Positions 58,479-64,000 of a stretch of 64,000 bases of DNA are shown in pieces. Below the pieces are notes generated by a model. That model was not told the origin of the DNA. It saw nothing but the letters and a program-made list of their open reading frames with translations, and made no database searches. How positions within the stretch are numbered: position 1 is the first letter of the stretch; the number at the start of each line of letters is the position of its first letter. Source of the DNA: an uncultured delta proteobacterium (GTDB taxonomy: Bacteria; Myxococcota_A; Polyangia; Fen-1088); the NCBI GenBank assembly GCA_963755125.1, contig CAVWIP010000006.1, forward strand, positions 195,560 to 259,559. Direction: 5' to 3'. Both the position numbers and the translations under genes were made by a program.

Positions 58479-59710
58479 CGTGGTGGCTACCTTGCTCGTC
58501 CGTCGAGAAGTCCATTGATTATGCGGCCCTCCGGTAGTCAGCATGCAGACCGCCGAGCACAGATCTGATGACAATCGGCTTGCTCAGGTCGTGATGCCGA
58601 ATGCCAGACGGCACGCGCTGCCCGATCCCCTGATGGGGTCGAGCCTCATTGAAGTAGACCTTGTACTCGCGAACCAGCGAATCCAGGTGCCGGTCGCCGA
58701 GCAGGATGACGTGGTCGAGCAGTTCACGCCTGCCACTGCCCACAAACCTCTCCGCGATCGCGTTCATGTTGGGGGCTCGCACTGCGATCTTGATCACCTT
58801 CGTCCCGGCGCCCTTCGCCACACGGTCGAACGGGGAGCCGAACTTGTCGTCACGGTCGCGCAGGAGGAAACGCGGAGCATCGCCATCCATGGTCGCATTC
58901 CGCAGTTGTTGTGCCGTCCACTCCTACGTGGGATTCCGGGTGGCGGCAACGTGGACCACTCGCCTCGACGCAAGGTGGACGATGAAGAATGCGTACACTT
59001 GGCGGAAGAAGATGTCGTAGGTCTGCACAAAGTCGCACGCCCAGATGTCCTCGGCATGATTTCTCAGGAACGTCGCCCAGGTCTGTCCACCTCCCCTGCT
59101 GCGGACCCCGCGCATGTACTTCTGGATCGTGCGCTTGCACACCTTGATACCGAGCTTGAGCAACTCTCCTTGGATGCGCTCGGCTCCCCAGAGACGGACT
59201 CGGCGGGCCATGTCGCGAATCAAGTCGATGGTTTCCTTCGCCAGCGGTGATCCTCGTCGCGGACGAGATCGGAGCCGCCAGAAGAGGCGGAAACCGGCTC
59301 GGTGCCAGCGGAGAAGGGTATCTGGCTGCACGATGGCAATGGCCTGGCGCCACGCCGGGAGCAACGAGGCGCCCAGGAGGAGTTTGAGCCTGTCGGTCAC
59401 CCCGAGCCTGGGACGCTTCTTGCCTCGACGAAGGATGTTGATCTGGTGTCGCAGCACTGCGTTCTCGATGATCAGGTCACGTCGGGAGCGGCTCACGTCG
59501 ACAGCCATGCCCATGATTTGGCTGCCGCAGGAGCGTGGGCGGAGACTATTCCAGATCCGTTGGGCGGCGTGTCGAATCCAATCTGCGATTTGAGAGAGGA
59601 GGAGTGACGCCATTTCTCTGTTCAACCACGAAAGAGTGTGACCAGTCGAGCTGTCCATTGTCTCGGATTTCAGCTATCATCTCGCGCGGATGCATCCTGT
59701 AGCCACCACG
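58479..59710 (-). mobile_element. IS-like element encoding an integrase core domain protein
   Basis: 12-bp terminal inverted repeats CGTGGTGGCTAC (58479-58490) and GTAGCCACCACG (59699-59710). No target duplication seen. Confidence 0.7.
58519..59658 (-). pseudogene. Integrase core domain (rve_3-type) transposase with an in-frame amber stop
   Basis: ENAVLRHQ, TLLRWHR, WGAERIQGEL, WACDF, TRNPT*(TAG 58924-58926)EW, RDRDDKF, NAIAERF, YFNEARPHQG, LGGLH. Confidence 0.9.
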
Positions 59711-59736
59711 CCGCCGGGAAACGCTCATCGGTCCAG

Positions 59737-60231
59737 CTATCCGCCGCGAGGACAGACCTCGAACGTGTTAGCAATCCACGAGGAGAAACCGCCATTCAAC
59801 GAGACAGCAACCGTATCAACGACGCCGCGGCTTCCGGCGCGATCCACGTAGATCGCACCGAGGCGGCTCCCATTAGCGTCAAAAAACAACACCCCTCGGC
59901 GGAGGTCTGGCGCCTCGTAGACCGGCTCGACAGTAAGAGACCCCAGGACATTGATGAGCCCTTGTTCCAAGGGTCCACCTCGAATCTCCCGGACGGTGAC
60001 CTTGTAGTAGTACTGCCTCTCAAGCATCTCCTGTGTGAGTCGCGTTCGGGTCAAGGTGTCTGCTGGGATCCAGAGAACCTCCAGGCGTGCAACCTCTCGG
60101 CGTTTGACATTGTCCACGAGTTTGTCCAAACGGCGCTGGACATCACTGTCGTTCCTAGCAGGCCCGCCGCCCAGACAGCCAACTACAGAGAACAGCCACC
60201 AGACACAGACCAGCATTTTCAGTGTTTTCAT
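59737..60231 (-). CDS. Hypothetical lipoprotein
   Basis: Lipobox VVGC after MKTLK and a hydrophobic stretch. Confidence 0.65.
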   Translation of the reverse strand: MKTLKMLVCVWWLFSVVGCLGGGPARNDSDVQRRLDKLVDNVKRREVARLEVLWIPADTLTRTRLTQEMLERQYYYKVTVREIRGGPLEQGLINVLGSLTVEPVYEAPDLRRGVLFFDANGSRLGAIYVDRAGSRGVVDTVAVSLNGGFSSWIANTFEVCPRGG

Positions 60232-60365
60232 GGCCTATCTCGATGTTGGGGTAGCCACGCCATAGGGTGTTCCCCCCGGGGAGGTACGGATGCCTTCACC
60301 CAGGTTGAGTGCCGCGGTCGTCTCGGGTCCGGTAATGACTCGCGCCTCCTGTCCACCAAGCTGGG

Positions 60366-60998
60366 TCAACGCCAGGATAGCCTGGGCAGCCAGCGCTGTG
60401 GCGGCGGATCGCCTTTTGCGGTCCCAGCCGGCGGCGGCTGCACCTGGAAGTGCTTCGCAAGCTCGGCTGGCGAGATATGCTGGGGAATATGGTTGAAGAT
60501 CACTGAGGTCCGTTCCAAACACCGGGCTACCAACTCCGAGCAGATGAACTGGCCGTCAACACAGAACGTGAATTTCCAGCCAGTAATCAGATTGAGACCA
60601 ATACTCACAAGCGTAGTCCAGCCGTAGCCTTTATGACATGAATGCTCCGCGAACTCGACGGCTTGCTCCCGGTCCCGGGCGTTGGCAATCGAACCGTCCA
60701 AGTGGACGAGGTGATATTCGGTGGGTTTGTAATCAGAGAGGCGCGTCTTCACTACGCCCTCAGCCAATGCCTCGATCAACTGGCCATCATCGGAGACGAT
60801 GATCGCGGCATGGCTCCATCGCGTGTACTTGCGGTTCTCCCCCCAGTACCGAAGACTCTGCCCCAGGCGGATGAGCCACGCGAGGAGACTATTTGAGTGC
60901 GTGAGGATAAAATCGCCACGTTGAAACTGCCTGACCTGGGCTTCCTGTCCAGGAGGAAAACATGTGACGTACGCCTGAACCGTCAGTGGTGGAGTCAC
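60366..60998 (-). CDS. Permuted papain-like (YiiX/YebB, NlpC/P60 superfamily) enzyme
   Basis: GDFIL, WSHAAI, LIEA, GY, FICSELV (His before Cys). Confidence 0.82.
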   Translation of the reverse strand: MTPPLTVQAYVTCFPPGQEAQVRQFQRGDFILTHSNSLLAWLIRLGQSLRYWGENRKYTRWSHAAIIVSDDGQLIEALAEGVVKTRLSDYKPTEYHLVHLDGSIANARDREQAVEFAEHSCHKGYGWTTLVSIGLNLITGWKFTFCVDGQFICSELVARCLERTSVIFNHIPQHISPAELAKHFQVQPPPAGTAKGDPPPQRWLPRLSWR

Positions 60999-61049
60999 GA
61001 TAGTCAGTCTTTAGTAGGCTATGGACCACGAGTCAACCTGGGATGGAGT

Positions 61050-61250
61050 GGTTTGGCCGGATGAACGCGCTGGCGCGGACGGCGCCACCCACGCTCGCGG
61101 ATCAGTCTGGCCCAGGTGGCGAGCGAAGCGAAAACCTTGCCCATGCGCTGGGTGCAAAGGGCCAGGGTGCGCACAGGCATGTGTCGGTATGCGGGGGCGA
61201 GCACCATCTCCTTGACGGCGGCGATCTCGGCGGCCGTGATCTGGCCTGGT
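61050..61250 (-). pseudogene. Fragment of DDE integrase/transposase
   Basis: GQITAAEIAAVKEMV...YRHMP..TLA...GKVFASLATWARL...WRRPRQRVHPAKP. Confidence 0.6.
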
Positions 61251-61439
61251 GCCGGGGCAGGAGGAGCGGCCGTCGAGACCGCAGACGCGGTCGGCACGGC
61301 CCATCAGGTCGCGAAGTCGGTGGTGCCTCTACACGCGCATGGCGGCATTCAAGAACCGTTAGGATCGAACCTGGTGTGTGGACACGCGGCGCGACTCATC
61401 GTTTAATGCGGCCCGATGGCTTCGCGGGCTGCCCATACG

Positions 61440-61682
61440 AATACGACCATGCCGTCGAACAAGACGGCAACCAGTGGGGCGAGCCGGACTGCACTCGCCA
61501 TCCGCTGGGTATTCCCGACCTCGCGGGGGATGCTCACGCATCTTTCAGACGAGCGGATCGTTCTTGGACGGACGACGATTGCCAGGTGAAGCTGCTCGGC
61601 AAGGAAAGCTCGCGCCGTCACGCCGAGATCCGTTGCGAAGGTCCGCTGCATATGCTGAAGGATCTGGGCAGCAGGAACGGCC
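61440..61682 (+). pseudogene. Frameshifted FHA-domain fragment
   Basis: LAIRWVFP...IVLGR / DDDC...SRRHAEI...KDLGSRNG. Confidence 0.75.
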
Positions 61683-61745
61683 GTCCTGTCCAGACTGGAT
61701 GAAGTGGGTGGCTCGATTCGCTTGGGGCTAACGATGTACCGTTGG

Positions 61746-61866
61746 CGCGCCCGCCGATCCAGTGGCCGAAGGGCTCGTGGACGCCTGGCGTGCCTGGGCC
61801 GAGCAGCATGAACCGCGCGAGCTGCGCAAGGTTCTGCTCGCCATCATGGGGTTGCTCGATGAGTAG
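61746..61866 (+). repeat. 121-bp direct repeat, copy 2
   Basis: Matches 55501-55621. Confidence 0.9.
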
Positions 61867-61885
61867 AGGCGCGTGGCCTCTTTGC

Positions 61886-64000
61886 TCATCTCTCGTCCTT
61901 TGCCTCGATGCGGTCCAGCAGCGCGGGGTAATCGAAACGCTCGACGATCTCGCGCAAGACAGTCGCCACCTCAGGAGCCGTGCTGGCCACGGCATCGAGG
62001 ATTCCGATGATGCGTCCGTAGTCGGCGCTGCCGGCCGCCTGGCGTAACTGCTCGACGGTCTTCGCCGGCAAGAGCACCCGAAGGCGGCCCGCAGTGGCGT
62101 CGTCAGGCCCACCGGGTTCCGCAGCCTCGCGCGGCATCGCTGCCAGGTACACGTATTCGATGCCCAGGCCGGCACGCAGCTTCTCCAGCAGCTCAGACTC
62201 GCGGAAGGGCTTGCCGAGGAAGTCACTGGCCCCAGCGGCCAGGGCTTGCCGGCGGTCATCCTCGAACGCGCTTGCGGACACGGCGATGATGGGGATGCGC
62301 CGCTGCGGCTCTCTCGCCCGCAAGCGCCGGATGGCTTCCAGTCCGTCCATGCCCGGCATGCGTATGTCCATCAGGATTGCATCAGGCGACCACTCGGTCG
62401 CTAGGGTGAGAGCCTCTTCCCCGCTCGTGGCCTCGCGCGTCCCGAAACCGACAGCCCTTAGCATCTCCACGAGCACGAGGCGGTTCGCGGGCTCATCGTC
62501 AACCACGAGCACGTGGAAAGGACCCAGCCCCGACTTGATCCCGACCACGCGCCGGCGCAACTCCGAGGGCGTGCTTCCGCCGGAGGTGCCCACCGCCACG
62601 GGAACGTCGAGCCGGAACTGGCTGCCCTGGCCCACCTCGCTCTCGACGGTGATGTCTCCCCCCATCAGGCGGGCGAACTGGCGGCTGATCGCCAGTCCAA
62701 GCCCGGTGCCCCCGACCCCGGCTCCTGCATCGGCCCGCTCGAAAGCTCGAAAGATGCGCTCAATGTCGATGGACGCCACCCCCGGACCAGTATCTTCCAC
62801 ATCTGCAACCAGCCTCAACCCGCCGTCCGCTTCCCGCCGGACCGTGACGCCACAGCGGATTAAGCCCTTCTCGGTGAACTTGAAGGCGTTGCCTAGCAGG
62901 TTGATCAGGATCTGGCGAAGCTTCTTCTCATCGGCCAGCACCACCGCCGGCACGCTGGGTGCCACGCTGACGGCGAAGCCCAGACCTTTGTTCGCCGCGC
63001 GCATCTGGAACATGTTGGTCAGGTCGGTGATCAGCGCGCGCAGGTTGAAGCTGGCAGGAGCCAGCGGCGTGCGCCCGGCCTCGATCTTGGACATCTCCAG
63101 GATATCGTCGATCAACTCCAACAAATGCTCGCCGCTCCGGGCGATGGTTTCCAGCTGCTGCCGCTGGCTCGCGGCCAGCGCCGGATCCTTGAGCAGGATC
63201 TGCGAGAAACCGAGGATCGCGTTCATCGGCGTGCGGATCTCGTGTGACATGTTGGCCAGAAAGACGCTCTTGGCCTGGCTGGCGCGCCGGATGCCGTCGA
63301 TCAGCGCCCGCTCGCGTGAGACGTCACGGAAAATCCTCACGATGCCCTGGAACTCGCCCTTGTCGTCGAATAGCGGCGAGGCGCTCATGCCGATGGCAAT
63401 TTGCTGTCCGTTGCGGTGGATGCAAGATACCTCGCGCGCGGGGTAGGGCTTCCGGGTGCGCTCGATCTCGTCGAACGGGCAATCCTTGGTGTGGCAGAGA
63501 ACGGGCTTCCCGTCTGCACCAAGCTCCTGGAAAACCTCGCCGCAGAGCTTGCCGATCACTTCCTGCGCGGTGTAGCCCGTGATGGCCTCCGCGCCCTGGC
63601 TCCAGGACTTGATCTGCCTGGCCGCATCCACGGTGGCCACCCCGTCGGTGATGCTGCGTAGCACGTTCTCGGCGTAGTCCCTGTGGATCGCGAACTCGCT
63701 CGACAGCTTCTCGGCGTGGCGCCGGATCTCCCGGTGGGCCAGCGCATTGTCAATGCTCACGGCCGCCACGCCGCAAATGGTCTCGATGAAGTGCATCTCC
63801 TCGGGCAAGAAGTCCCGCGGCGTTGTGGTTACCAGGGATACAACGCCGATCATGCGGCCGCGCGAAACCAGTGGAAACCCGGCGTAGCCCAGGGCCTCCG
63901 GGAGGCGGGAACGCGGGTTCGTCTCTGCCTCGCTCGGCTGGACGAACTGAGAAGACATCCGGACGTTGGGGATGATCAGCGGCTTCGCACTCTCGATCAC
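61886..64000 (-). CDS. Hybrid sensor histidine kinase (GAF-PAS-HisKA-HATPase-REC), 5' end outside window
   Basis: FLANMSHEIRTPMN, NLLGNAFKFT, DTGPG, GTGLGL, VVDD, MDIRMPGMDG, KP. Confidence 0.95.
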   Translation of the reverse strand: MIESAKPLIIPNVRMSSQFVQPSEAETNPRSRLPEALGYAGFPLVSRGRMIGVVSLVTTTPRDFLPEEMHFIETICGVAAVSIDNALAHREIRRHAEKLSSEFAIHRDYAENVLRSITDGVATVDAARQIKSWSQGAEAITGYTAQEVIGKLCGEVFQELGADGKPVLCHTKDCPFDEIERTRKPYPAREVSCIHRNGQQIAIGMSASPLFDDKGEFQGIVRIFRDVSRERALIDGIRRASQAKSVFLANMSHEIRTPMNAILGFSQILLKDPALAASQRQQLETIARSGEHLLELIDDILEMSKIEAGRTPLAPASFNLRALITDLTNMFQMRAANKGLGFAVSVAPSVPAVVLADEKKLRQILINLLGNAFKFTEKGLIRCGVTVRREADGGLRLVADVEDTGPGVASIDIERIFRAFERADAGAGVGGTGLGLAISRQFARLMGGDITVESEVGQGSQFRLDVPVAVGTSGGSTPSELRRRVVGIKSGLGPFHVLVVDDEPANRLVLVEMLRAVGFGTREATSGEEALTLATEWSPDAILMDIRMPGMDGLEAIRRLRAREPQRRIPIIAVSASAFEDDRRQALAAGASDFLGKPFRESELLEKLRAGLGIEYVYLAAMPREAAEPGGPDDATAGRLRVLLPAKTVEQLRQAAGSADYGRIIGILDAVASTAPEVATVLREIVERFDYPALLDRIEAKDER

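Noticed and set aside
58924..58926. Amber codon as programmed readthrough or pyrrolysine
   Set aside because: No pyl genes are in view and the region is full of pseudogenes. A nonsense mutation is simpler.
61726..61746. GGCTAAC...GTTGGC resembling integron attC core sites
   Set aside because: Far too short, not repeated between genes, and no IntI is present.

Overview
High-GC window that looks like Myxococcota/Polyangia DNA (MYXO-CTERM tail, Ser/Thr kinase, TPR-PEGA and fibro-slime proteins; taxonomy is inference). The first ~24 kb is mostly intact genes. These include a bacillithiol locus (bshC-bshA) set divergently from a secreted PIG-L/LmbE deacetylase, a small membrane protein and a sodium:solute symporter, with a DUF2911 gene converging on bshA. 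From ~24 kb to ~62 kb is a plastic region. Lipoproteins built as lipobox + Gly/Thr/Ser linker + CAZyme or binding domain are interspersed with many short eroded gene fragments, an intact IS21, an IS5, an IR-bounded integrase-core element, a tRNA-Asp-type att remnant and a group II intron 3' remnant. The most interesting signals are: (1) an ECF sigma/FecR module with a readable promoter motif TGAGCC-N16-GGATC, where promoter + signal + linker has been duplicated onto two unrelated enzyme domains; (2) the bsh-linked exported deacetylase/symporter module; (3) a ~170-bp intergenic repeat in three copies, one split by IS21; (4) a 121-bp coding direct repeat bracketing a toxin/immunity-like island. 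No complete tRNA, rRNA, CRISPR array or reverse transcriptase was seen. Family calls come from motif recognition by eye, not database searches.
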